DNA of 64,000 bases. Source: an uncultured Brevinematales bacterium. Lineage in GTDB: Bacteria > Spirochaetota > Brevinematia > Brevinematales > JAOACQ01. Numbering within the stretch: the stretch's first letter is position 1; each line of letters opens with the position of its first letter. Under the pieces are notes generated by a model. The model worked only from the letters and a program-made list of their open reading frames with translations, did not search any database and was not told where the DNA came from. Both the position numbers and the translations under genes were made by a program. The stretch lies in assembly GCA_964533855.1 (NCBI GenBank), contig CAZHNM010000005.1:74898-138897 (forward strand), written 5' to 3'. This document shows positions 9,189 through 18,036 of this stretch, in pieces.

Positions 9189-9204
9189 TGTTTCACGTGA
9201 AACA
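9189..9204. promoter_or_regulatory. parS site, perfect match (TGTTTCACGTGAAACA)
   Basis: It is an exact palindrome lying between the convergent methyltransferase and dapA genes. Confidence 0.9.
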
Positions 9205-9207
9205 ATT

Positions 9208-10068
9208 TTAAAAAAATCGGCCCAGCTGTTTCTTCAATTTATCGCTAATATCGGTTATTGGCAGACGGGTTTCATCGCTGGTTATCAGGTTTTTATTCTT
9301 CAGTATATATTTTATCGGGCGGGGATTCGGTTCCTCGAAGAGCAGGGGGATTATATCCAGCAGATCTTTCCAGTTCCTGCGGGCTTCATCGAGATTATTG
9401 TTCTTTATGAGGCTGTAAATATTAAGATATTTTTCCGTTTCAATATGAGCTGCTGCTAAGATCCCTCCGTCACCACCCATCGCAACGGTGATATAAAATA
9501 ATAAATCTTCGCCTGTCAGAACGGAAAAGCCTTCGGGTTTATTAAAAATCAGTTCCGCGCTCTGTTTGATATCCCCGCATGAATCTTTTATTCCAATGAT
9601 ATTTTTTAATTCAGACAGCCTGAAAATTGTTTCGTTTTCGATGTTTCTGCCTGTCCTGTAGGGGATATTGTAAATGATTATATTCTTATCAGTACTTTCG
9701 GATATCTTCTTGAAATGTTCGTATATGCCTTCCTGGCTTGGCCTGTTGTAATAAGGAGAAACAGACAGGATGCCGTCGAAATTATAATTATGTAATAATT
9801 TTAAACTGGAAATAACTTTTTCCGTGTAATTTCCGCCGACTCCAAAATAGACCGGAATACGGCCGTTGACGATTCTTATAGTGAGTTCAACAATCTTAAT
9901 AAATTCATCATCCCCTATTGTAGGCCCTTCTCCTGTTGTTGCTAAAGGGATTATTCCGGAAACATTCCTGGCAATGTAGAAATTAACCAGGTTTTCATAG
10001 GAGCTGTAGTCGACCGAACCGTTTAAAAAAGGTGTGATTACCGGTAGCCAGACTCCTTCAATTTTCAT
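9208..10068 (-). CDS. dapA: 4-hydroxy-tetrahydrodipicolinate synthase (DapA family)
   Basis: DapA-family motifs are present: PLATTGEGPT (cf. GTTGE), YNIPYRTG (cf. YNxPxRT) and the Schiff-base lysine context IGIKDSCGD. Confidence 0.8.
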   Translation of the reverse strand: MKIEGVWLPVITPFLNGSVDYSSYENLVNFYIARNVSGIIPLATTGEGPTIGDDEFIKIVELTIRIVNGRIPVYFGVGGNYTEKVISSLKLLHNYNFDGILSVSPYYNRPSQEGIYEHFKKISESTDKNIIIYNIPYRTGRNIENETIFRLSELKNIIGIKDSCGDIKQSAELIFNKPEGFSVLTGEDLLFYITVAMGGDGGILAAAHIETEKYLNIYSLIKNNNLDEARRNWKDLLDIIPLLFEEPNPRPIKYILKNKNLITSDETRLPITDISDKLKKQLGRFF

Positions 10069-10176
10069 TCGAGCCCCATTATCTTTAATTTCATTATTGT
10101 AAATTTATTTATGTTTTATTGCAAAAGAACTCAACGCAAAGGCGCAGAGAGCTAAAAGAAGAAAATACCGGATTCG

Positions 10177-10743
10177 TTATCTGGGTTTTACTTCGTAGCG
10201 GATTATAGTATAATATTTTTCAGTGTTTCCCGGGCCGAACATACCGGGACCGACTACATATTCTTCTTCGTGGGCCGCAGAAATAACATAACCGCTGTTG
10301 CTGATAAATTCATGCAGTTTTTCTATGTCAGGCATTTCGGAAGAGTAGGGGCCGATATGCAGGATTTCTGCAACCTTACCGTAATTCCATGTCTGAAGCC
10401 TCATATTTGCGGGAGTGTCCGCAGGCAGCGAGGTTATTTCATCGCCGACAGGCAAAGCCCAGTATCCTACCCATTCATTCCGGGGCGTGTCAAATGGTTT
10501 GGGCCAGCGAGCCCTGGGGGCACTCATGCTTTTTCCTTTGAACTGGAGTTTAAAGTAGACCTGGAATAATTTTCCAACCTCTTTTGTCTGGTTTGCCGGG
10601 TCTCCATGGACTTCCATGATGAGCATCTTTTGAGACGGCTTGTCGCTGATCTTCGGGGTTTTCAGGCCTTCGTAACCTTTAAGGTCAGGGCCGCATGCAC
10701 AGAGAAGCATCGCCGCAAATGCTGTTAAAAACGGGATCTTCAT
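10177..10743 (-). CDS. GyrI-like domain lipoprotein
   Basis: The signal peptide carries a lipobox (AAMLLCACG). GyrI-like/SOUL-type C-terminal motifs are present (HIGPYSSEMPDIEKLHEFISNSGYV...HEEEYVVGP...KYYTIIRYEVK). I chose the start at the second ATG (10743) because a GGAGG lies 8 nt upstream. The ORF track start is 10767. Confidence 0.7.
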   Translation of the reverse strand: MKIPFLTAFAAMLLCACGPDLKGYEGLKTPKISDKPSQKMLIMEVHGDPANQTKEVGKLFQVYFKLQFKGKSMSAPRARWPKPFDTPRNEWVGYWALPVGDEITSLPADTPANMRLQTWNYGKVAEILHIGPYSSEMPDIEKLHEFISNSGYVISAAHEEEYVVGPGMFGPGNTEKYYTIIRYEVKPR

Positions 10744-10814
10744 ATCATTCCTCCTTCTTTTCATCACCCATATTTTAAAGGAGGAACTCTGACAGGTGTA
10801 TGTCAGGTTTTAAT

Positions 10815-11741
10815 TTATGCGGAATATATTTTCAGGATCTTTTCAGCAGTATCCTTTATCTCTTTTCGCGCGGATGCAGGTTCAAGAACCTCAAGGCTTT
10901 CTCCAAATGTAAGCAAAAACCTTTTTACCCAATCCTGGTCAGGGTAATTTGTCCGGACAAGCACGGAACCGTCAGGCTGTGAAGCAAGCTCGGAAGGGTC
11001 AAAAAATTCAGAAAGTATCCCCGTATTTCCATTTAGAAATTTCAATTTATACTCGATTCCCGATTTTTCATTTTCCTCCCATCGAGTATAGTTATGGTAA
11101 TCTGCCTGCCGTGGTTTGAAATTTTCATTCAGACACTCTATATTGCTTATCCTTGAAAGTTTGAAGAACCTGAAATCATTTCTCAGCCTGCAGAATGCGA
11201 ATAAATACCATGAGAAACCCTTGAATACTAATGTCACCGGTTCAACAACCCTTGTTAAGTCTTCATTTTTCCAGCCGCGATAATCAAATTTTAATAATTT
11301 CGAGCTCCTGATAGATTGATAAATTATTTTTCCCGATGTGATTACTTTTTTTTCATAACCCCAGGGCATAGAGTCGAATATTATTTTTCCCGATTTATCT
11401 CTTTCTCTCTCCTTTTCCGGCAGAAGGTTTGTTATCTTTTCAAGGGCCAGTCCCGATTCCCTTTCTTCAAACGGTCCCGGAACGCTTTTAAGAGCGTTAA
11501 TAATAGACTGTATTTCATCAATATTTAATACCTGCCTGTCTATCCTGTAATTTTCCAGTATTCCGTAACCCCCGTTGGCGCCCTGGTAGGAAACTATCGG
11601 AATGCCTGCGGAACCGATCTCATCCATATCCCTGTAAATAGTCCTTACTGTGACTTCGAATCTTGCGGCAAGTTCTTCGGCGCTGACCCGGCTGCGATTT
11701 AACAAAAGAATAATGATTGAAAGAAGCCTGTCTATTTTCAT
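10815..11741 (-). CDS. YafY-family transcriptional regulator (HTH, WYL and WCX domains)
   Basis: The N-terminus is a DeoR-type HTH (MKIDRLLSIIILLLNRSRVSAEELAARFEVTVRTIYRDMDEI). The central region is WYL-like (VEPVTLVFKGFSWYLFAFCRLRNDFRFFKLSRI). Confidence 0.85.
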   Translation of the reverse strand: MKIDRLLSIIILLLNRSRVSAEELAARFEVTVRTIYRDMDEIGSAGIPIVSYQGANGGYGILENYRIDRQVLNIDEIQSIINALKSVPGPFEERESGLALEKITNLLPEKERERDKSGKIIFDSMPWGYEKKVITSGKIIYQSIRSSKLLKFDYRGWKNEDLTRVVEPVTLVFKGFSWYLFAFCRLRNDFRFFKLSRISNIECLNENFKPRQADYHNYTRWEENEKSGIEYKLKFLNGNTGILSEFFDPSELASQPDGSVLVRTNYPDQDWVKRFLLTFGESLEVLEPASARKEIKDTAEKILKIYSA

Positions 11742-11924
11742 ATTCTCCCCCGATCCAGAGAGGATATCATATCATTACATGCAAAGTCAGTAAAGATAAA
11801 TTCGAATCTAACTGAAATATTTGGAGAAATCCTTTATAATTAATCACATAAAATAATGTTTGAGCACTCAGACTCGCAGAGAACAAGTTCAGGTGCGACA
11901 TTAACTTCAATCCGGAGAATTGCT

Positions 11925-13124
11925 ATGATCAGGATAAACGAAAATTTTAATGCCCTTCAGGGGAGTTATCTTTTTTATGAAACCGGGAAAAGGGTAAAAG
12001 AGTTCCAGCAGAAAAACCCGGATATCAGAGTAATCAAGCTGGGGATAGGGGATGTAACAGAGCCCCTGAGCCCTTCTATTATCGCGGGTCTGAAGGAAGC
12101 CGTTTCGGAAATGGGTGTCAGGGAAACGTTCCAGGGTTATCCTCCATACGAAGGTTATGAATTTTTGAGAAATATTATCTGTGAAACTGATTTCAGAGCG
12201 AGGGGTATAAATATCTCTCCGGGTGAAATTTTTGTTTCAACCGGTGCCAAAGAGGACACTGCTAATATCCAGGAGCTTTTCTCCGGCGATATCAAGTTAG
12301 CTATCACGGACCCGGTTTACCCGGTTTATGTTGACAGCAATATTATGGCGGGAAGAAATAAAATAGAATACCTGCCCTGCAATGCTGAAAGCAACTTCCT
12401 GCCGGGACTTCCGTCGGAGGACGCCGACCTTATTTACCTCTGCTTTCCCAATAATCCTACGGGGCAGGCAATCGATAGAGCAGGATTAAAAAAATGGGTC
12501 GATTATGCAAGGCAGAAGAAGGCCGTTATACTTTTCGATGCAGCCTATGAGTCGTATATAAGGGAGGAAGGGATTCCTCACAGTATATACGAGATCGATG
12601 GAGCCGAAGAAGTGGCTATTGAATTCAGGAGCCTGTCGAAAGCCGCCGGTTTTACAGGCACGAGGTGTTCATACACGGTTATACCTGATAAATTAATGGC
12701 GCCGGATAAAAGCGGTGTGCGGCATAGCCTTAATAAGTTATGGCTGCGGAGGCAGTCTACAAAATCGAACGGCGTAGCATACATAATCCAGAAAGGAGCC
12801 TATGGATATTTTACAGAAAAAGGCAGGCTGGAAAATATGAAAATTGTCGACTATTATCTCGAGAATGCCTCAATCATAGGGCGAGGAATAGCGGCGTTAG
12901 GTTTGAATTATTGCGGAGGCGTGAATTCGCCTTATATATGGTGCAGCGTCCCCGAAGGATTGAATTCCTGGCAGTTCTTCGACGAACTGTTGAGCCGATG
13001 CAATATAGCCGGCACTCCGGGTTCGGGATTCGGCAGCTGCGGGGAGGGATATTTCAGGCTTACAGGATTCGGAAAAAGACAGGATATTAACGAGGCCGTA
13101 GAACGGCTTGTAAAATTCAAATAA
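11925..13124 (+). CDS. dapL: LL-diaminopimelate aminotransferase
   Basis: The protein begins MIRINENFNALQGSYLFYETGKRV, typical of DapL. The PLP-lysine context FRSLSKAAGFTGTRCSY is present, and the length (399 aa) fits. I chose the start at 11925 (GGAG 7 nt upstream) instead of the ORF-track start at 11856. Confidence 0.85.
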   Translation: MIRINENFNALQGSYLFYETGKRVKEFQQKNPDIRVIKLGIGDVTEPLSPSIIAGLKEAVSEMGVRETFQGYPPYEGYEFLRNIICETDFRARGINISPGEIFVSTGAKEDTANIQELFSGDIKLAITDPVYPVYVDSNIMAGRNKIEYLPCNAESNFLPGLPSEDADLIYLCFPNNPTGQAIDRAGLKKWVDYARQKKAVILFDAAYESYIREEGIPHSIYEIDGAEEVAIEFRSLSKAAGFTGTRCSYTVIPDKLMAPDKSGVRHSLNKLWLRRQSTKSNGVAYIIQKGAYGYFTEKGRLENMKIVDYYLENASIIGRGIAALGLNYCGGVNSPYIWCSVPEGLNSWQFFDELLSRCNIAGTPGSGFGSCGEGYFRLTGFGKRQDINEAVERLVKFK

Positions 13125-13140
13125 AAAGAATGGAGGAATT

Positions 13141-13407
13141 ATGCCACATTACGATTATAAATGTGATAAGTGCGGTTATGTTTTCGAGGCTTTTCAAAAA
13201 ATAAACGACGAGCGCCTCACCGCATGCCCGGAATGCGGCGGAGCAATAAAGAGGCTGATAGGGGGAGGCGCCGGCATAATCTTTAAAGGATCCGGCTTTT
13301 ATAAAAACGATTATAAAAACAGCTCGCCGGCACCGGCTTGTGAAGGCAAGATGGAAAGCAATCCGGCCTGTTCGAACTGTCCGAAGCTGGAACCCGGGAA
13401 AGCCTGA
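13141..13407 (+). CDS. FmdB-family zinc-ribbon protein
   Basis: MPHYDYKCDKCGYVFEAFQKINDERLTACPECGG carries the CxxC...CxxC signature of the FmdB/CxxC_CxxC_SSSS family. Confidence 0.8.
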   Translation: MPHYDYKCDKCGYVFEAFQKINDERLTACPECGGAIKRLIGGGAGIIFKGSGFYKNDYKNSSPAPACEGKMESNPACSNCPKLEPGKA

Positions 13408-13428
13408 GAAAAAAGATTCACTGAAAAG

Positions 13429-14565
13429 CTATCGATCATCGGATAAAACCATGTTATCTATATGCACCACAGAGGAATACTTGCTTTCCTTGCCTAAGAT
13501 GGTTTCTATCTCTGAATTTTTCCTGCCGGCGATAAGAAGGATATCTTTCTGCGAATAATTCGATAATCCAACCCCGATTTCATTCCCGAGGGAATCGGAG
13601 ATAATAACAGTGTCTCCATACTGAAAATTCCCTGAGGCGGAGCTGATTCCGCTAGCCAGAAGGCTCTTGTGAAGCAGGACGGCGTTTTTAGCCCCGTCGT
13701 CAACGATTATAGTGCCCCTCGGCTTCTTAACGCTAATCCATCTTTTTTTGTAATTCAGAGAGCTGGGTGAAGGCAGGAATATCGTGCCCTCGGAAAGGTC
13801 CTCGAATATCCGGGTGAGGATGCTTTTTTTAAACCCGTTCGCGATGACGCAGGGTACACCGGAGCGGGCGGCTATTCTGGCAGCCTGCAGCTTTGAGATC
13901 ATTCCTCCCTTCGTGTAATTTTCTTCCTGTTTACAGGCGTATTTCATAACGGCGCCGATATTATCCACCACCCTTATAAATTTCGCCGATGAAGTGCCGT
14001 AATCCTGGTAAAAACCGTCGACGTCCGAGAGCATGATATACAGATTGGAATCCGAAAGCAGGCTTACATAAGCCCCAAGGCGGTCATTTTCACCGACCTT
14101 GATCTCTTCCACGGCGACAGAATCGTTTTCATTAATAATCGGAGTTATCCCGAGTTCGAGCATAGAATTAAGAGTATTCCGCGCGTTCAGGTAGGAAGTC
14201 CTGTTATCGAAAATATAATGCGTCAGCAGCACCTGGCCTACCCTCAATCCATGCCTGTTGAACTCTTCCTTGAATATCTGCATCAGCCTTACCTGCCCCA
14301 GGCCTGCAATTGCCTGTTTCTGGGATAGGGTAAGCTTATCCGAAACATCCTTGTCTTTATATAATTCAAAGATCCCGAGACCTATGGCGCCGCTTGATGT
14401 TATCACAAACTCCACGCCCTTTTTTCTTAACTGCGCTATCTCCCTGACAAGGCCGGAGATGTTTTCCGTATTGATGCTTGTAAGGTCGGTCAGCTGCTTT
14501 GTTCCGAGTTTTACAACCACCCTTTTGACAGATAACTCCCTTTTATCAGGCAATGTAATCAGCAT
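13429..14565 (-). CDS. proB: glutamate 5-kinase (with a C-terminal PUA domain)
   Basis: Motifs match: VVKLGTKQLT, VITSSGAIGLG, INENDSVAVEEIKVGENDRL and a PUA-like C-terminus (GTIIVDDGAKNAV...). Confidence 0.9.
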   Translation of the reverse strand: MLITLPDKRELSVKRVVVKLGTKQLTDLTSINTENISGLVREIAQLRKKGVEFVITSSGAIGLGIFELYKDKDVSDKLTLSQKQAIAGLGQVRLMQIFKEEFNRHGLRVGQVLLTHYIFDNRTSYLNARNTLNSMLELGITPIINENDSVAVEEIKVGENDRLGAYVSLLSDSNLYIMLSDVDGFYQDYGTSSAKFIRVVDNIGAVMKYACKQEENYTKGGMISKLQAARIAARSGVPCVIANGFKKSILTRIFEDLSEGTIFLPSPSSLNYKKRWISVKKPRGTIIVDDGAKNAVLLHKSLLASGISSASGNFQYGDTVIISDSLGNEIGVGLSNYSQKDILLIAGRKNSEIETILGKESKYSSVVHIDNMVLSDDR

Positions 14566-14567
14566 TG

Positions 14568-15581
14568 TTATTTCTCGATTTCTTCATATTTATTGAACAG
14601 GGCATATTTCAATTCTTTCAGACCCTGGCCGGTGAGCGCAGAGATCAGGAAAACTTCGCCGGATTTTTTGAATTTATTAACAAGGCTTTTCTTCAAATCC
14701 TCGTCGAAATTTAAATCCATTTTATTCAAAGCTATCATGAATTTCCTTTCATAAATACTTTCAGAATAACCTGCTAATTCCTTTCTCAGAATCTTGAATT
14801 TCTCCTCGGGGCTGTCGGTAGTATCGAGAATGAATAATATCAGCCTTGTCCTTTCAATATGTTTAAGGAAATCGATCCCAAGGCCCTTTCCTGAATTTGC
14901 GCCCTCGATGAGTCCCGGGATATCCGCAATCACAAGGCTTCGATAACCTTCGTCGGCTGTCATGATCCCGATATTGGGGCTGAGCGTTGTAAACGGGTAA
15001 GCACCTATTTTGGGCCGTGCATTCGTGAGTTTTGAAACTAATGTCGACTTTCCTGAATTCGGAAAACCTACAAGACCTATATGCGCTATCATTTTCAGTT
15101 CGAGGCGGAGGCTCTTTTCCTCGCCCGGTTTTCCCGGCTGGGCATAAAACGGGGTCTGGTTGGTCGGCCCTTTAAAATGTATGTTTCCTCTTCCCCCCAT
15201 CCCTCCCCGGGCCACTATAAATTCCGAATAATTTTCTGTGAGATCGGACAGTATTTCACCTGTATTTGAATCGATAACAATGGTACCGGGCGGAACTTCA
15301 ATCGTGAAGGAGGACCCCATTTTGCCCGATTTTCTGCTTCCCAATCCCTTTCCGCCGTCCTGGGCTTTGAATTTCTGATTATTATGCAGGTATGACAGGG
15401 TTTTCAGATGGGGATTGACCCTTATGATCATATCTCCGCCGTATCCTCCGTCTCCCCCGTCAGGTCCGCCATGGGGCACGAATTTTTCCCTGCGGAAAGA
15501 GGCTGCTCCTGCCCCGCCTTTACCGGCCCTGACCTCGATACGGACTTCGTCTTTAAATATCATAAGTTGAAAACCCACCAT
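14568..15581 (-). CDS. obg: GTPase Obg/CgtA
   Basis: The N-terminus is the glycine-rich Obg fold (FKDEVRIEVRAGKGGAGAASFRREKFVPHGGPDGGDGGYGG). GTPase motifs are present: G1 GFPNSGKST, G3 DIPGLIEGA and G4 NKMD. Confidence 0.95.
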   Translation of the reverse strand: MVGFQLMIFKDEVRIEVRAGKGGAGAASFRREKFVPHGGPDGGDGGYGGDMIIRVNPHLKTLSYLHNNQKFKAQDGGKGLGSRKSGKMGSSFTIEVPPGTIVIDSNTGEILSDLTENYSEFIVARGGMGGRGNIHFKGPTNQTPFYAQPGKPGEEKSLRLELKMIAHIGLVGFPNSGKSTLVSKLTNARPKIGAYPFTTLSPNIGIMTADEGYRSLVIADIPGLIEGANSGKGLGIDFLKHIERTRLILFILDTTDSPEEKFKILRKELAGYSESIYERKFMIALNKMDLNFDEDLKKSLVNKFKKSGEVFLISALTGQGLKELKYALFNKYEEIEK

Positions 15582-17020
15582 TCATCGCATTTATCACAAA
15601 GTAAGCCATATTCATCCTTCCAGTGATTTTGATATATTTTATTCATATTATTCCAGCAATTTTCAATTCCATCGGTAAGGGCGTTTCCCATGAGGATTTG
15701 CGCATTATAGTCCTGCCTGCAAAGCGGCACTTTCCCATCTGAATGAATCACCATATCATGCTTTAAATGAAGGCATGGGAAGCGTTTTACAGGCGAGAGG
15801 TCTACGACACGGCTGGAATCCAGCAGACCGCCGAAAGTATCCGGTTTTTTTATGATGATCCTTTCTGAAAAATCCCGCCACTTTTCATAAAATCTAAGAA
15901 GCTCATTCTCGTTTTCCGAGGCGCGTGTAAATTGAATGTATATTTTCTCCCTGTTAGGGAGGCTTTTAATAATTTCTTCAACAGAGGCAAGCCCTATAAA
16001 AGGAATGACTTTATTTAACGGGGCTTTATTTGCTGCAAATGATTCCTGGTCAGTGAAACTGATATCGAAAATAATCCTGACATTAGGAAGATTCAGAAGA
16101 TCAGGCAACAGTCCCTTATCCGGAAAAAGGCATCTGCTTTCTATTAAAAACTGTATAATCGGATGTTTTTTAATTTCACCGATAATTTCCCCCATTGCAG
16201 AATATAATAACGGCTCGCCGTAAAGGCCCAGGCTGACAGCGGGGTTATATGAAAATTCTGAGATCCCGGAGAGGATCTTTCTAAAGTCATTTATTTTGAG
16301 CTCTGAATTCCTGTCAAGGCGTTCTGAAATAAAAATATTAGATTTTTCTCTTTCCGAATTGAGCTCGATCTCAAAATAAGTCGGCCTTTTCCTGATGATC
16401 CCCGGATTTTTAATGATCATTGCCTCGAGTTCGAGGTGGTTCAGATCGTATGCCTTCCTGTCTGTCAGGTCTTTAAGTATCAGATAATCATTATAATTAT
16501 CAGGAACGAAATTTATTCTGTAATTAATTAACCTGCATGGAGATATGTAAATGTTGCAGTCGTAAGAAGATATGTCTTTTTCGAAAACTTCCTTCACGCT
16601 GTTCTTGAACATAGGCAAATTTTCAGGAATTGTCCTTAATATAAAGCCGGCAGCCCCGCTGTCCAGGATTTCAGGAAAGAGGCCTGCGGGAAGATTTTCA
16701 GGGAAGGTGTAATCGAAAGCAAATCGTTCATGTTCCTCGAGCATTTTCCCTGTCGATTCCAGGTCGAGGAGGGGAGAATAGGCGTTAAGGATAAGGACGC
16801 TTTTACCGCTAAGCCCGTCTTTTATAAAGGATAAAAATTCATGAGATGTTTTAAAGGACAGGACCCTGATCCCTTCCGGGGGGGTAAAATCAGCATTTTC
16901 AGATAAAACATATATTTCATCGCATAAATTTCTTATCTTTGACAGCGTTATTTCGAAAAAACTCCGTAGCTTTTCCTGGTCTTTGAATTTATTGTCGAAG
17001 AGCACTGCGGCAAGATTCAC
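15560..17020 (-). CDS. radical-SAM-like/SPASM-like protein lacking the CxxxCxxC motif (resembles the family I recall as 'spiro-SPASM protein')
   Basis: The central region shows a radical-SAM-core-like GEPLL motif (SLGLYGEPLLYS), but no CxxxCxxC occurs anywhere. The Cys-rich C-terminus reads FPCLHLKHDMVIHSDGKVPLCRQDY...GNALTDGIENCW...LLCDKCDEWW. The start is GTG with a GAGGAG RBS. The 3' end overlaps the obg start by 22 nt. Confidence 0.55.
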   Translation of the reverse strand: MNLAAVLFDNKFKDQEKLRSFFEITLSKIRNLCDEIYVLSENADFTPPEGIRVLSFKTSHEFLSFIKDGLSGKSVLILNAYSPLLDLESTGKMLEEHERFAFDYTFPENLPAGLFPEILDSGAAGFILRTIPENLPMFKNSVKEVFEKDISSYDCNIYISPCRLINYRINFVPDNYNDYLILKDLTDRKAYDLNHLELEAMIIKNPGIIRKRPTYFEIELNSEREKSNIFISERLDRNSELKINDFRKILSGISEFSYNPAVSLGLYGEPLLYSAMGEIIGEIKKHPIIQFLIESRCLFPDKGLLPDLLNLPNVRIIFDISFTDQESFAANKAPLNKVIPFIGLASVEEIIKSLPNREKIYIQFTRASENENELLRFYEKWRDFSERIIIKKPDTFGGLLDSSRVVDLSPVKRFPCLHLKHDMVIHSDGKVPLCRQDYNAQILMGNALTDGIENCWNNMNKIYQNHWKDEYGLLCDKCDEWWVFNL

Positions 17021-17193
17021 ATCACACTCCTCATTTAACCATATTATACCTGTAATAAGTGCTTAATGCAATTTAGACCCGCTTAGCGGGGCATAAACCG
17101 TGCACGGCCGGATTCAAAAAGCATCCTTTTTCATGCAATAAATCACGTTTTTCCGGAAAAGTCCGATAAAAGTATAAAAAAGGGGTAAACCGA

Positions 17194-18036
17194 ATGAAAT
17201 CTTTGATCGCCTTTTTTATATTAATTACATTAATCACAGTATTTTCCTTTGCCTTCGGCGATGATTTTATTATTGATGAACCGGGTTCGGGCAGCAATAT
17301 TAACAAGCCCAATACAGAGCCGGTTTCACAGCCTCCGGCTTATGCTCCTCCCTCCGCCGCGGGAAAAGCCGTTAATTCTATCGGGTCGGTGCCCATACCA
17401 GTGGGGCTGGGCAGGGGAACCGTTTACAGCGAATTTACAATGTATGACAGCGGCGGGGTAAACGCTAAATTTGCCGTCGGTATTATGGACGCCATAGACA
17501 TAGGGATTTCGGAAAACCTTGACGGTCTCATCGGTTCAGGAGATGTCAATGTGAACGTACCCAGCGCCTACATAAAGATTACCCTGATTAAAAACCTGAA
17601 CAATTTCAACTGGGCGCTTGGGTATGACAACTTTGCGTATGGAACGGCAGGCACATACTACCCGACTAATACGAATGAAACGCCTTCTACTATTTCGGGG
17701 TTTTACACGGCGGTGGGGTGGCATTACAGCGCCATAGGGGGAGATGACATACTTTCGACGGGAATAAGATTTCCGCTGCTGCCGGCTGAAGAAAGGGATA
17801 TCACGAATACTTCGCTTTTTATAGGCGCTACAATAAGCGCGCCGCAGTATATTTCGCTGGGGCTTACTGTTGAAAACTTTTTCTTCGACATGACACGGGC
17901 GCAGTATATACTTCCATCGGTGATTTTTAATATTGCACCGAGTCCGCCGTTCAATATCTCTCTGATCCTGCAGTATGATTTCAGCGTCGGCAGGCTTAAC
18001 AGGATATTTTCGATGAGCTATGCGGCCGGTTTCTAA
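17194..18036 (+). CDS. putative outer-membrane beta-barrel protein (280 aa)
   Basis: It has a signal peptide (MKSLIAFFILITLITVFSFAFG). The body alternates hydrophobic residues and is rich in Gly and aromatics. The C-terminus ends ...MSYAAGF, the terminal-Phe OMP signature. Confidence 0.5.
   Translation: MKSLIAFFILITLITVFSFAFGDDFIIDEPGSGSNINKPNTEPVSQPPAYAPPSAAGKAVNSIGSVPIPVGLGRGTVYSEFTMYDSGGVNAKFAVGIMDAIDIGISENLDGLIGSGDVNVNVPSAYIKITLIKNLNNFNWALGYDNFAYGTAGTYYPTNTNETPSTISGFYTAVGWHYSAIGGDDILSTGIRFPLLPAEERDITNTSLFIGATISAPQYISLGLTVENFFFDMTRAQYILPSVIFNIAPSPPFNISLILQYDFSVGRLNRIFSMSYAAGF

Noticed and set aside
11742-11924. A possible lysine riboswitch or other leader upstream of dapL.
   Set aside because: The 183-nt spacer is AT-rich. 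I could not find the conserved lysine-riboswitch helices or core motifs, and no convincing terminator/antiterminator pair is visible. A covariance-model scan would be needed to be certain.
12740-13090. A 116-aa alternative-frame ORF inside dapL. Similar same-strand internal ORFs occur at 34443-34769, 8698-8940 and 41981-42355.
   Set aside because: These are out-of-frame ORFs nested in conserved genes. Their composition is Arg-rich and biased, as expected for off-frame translation, and they have no independent signals.
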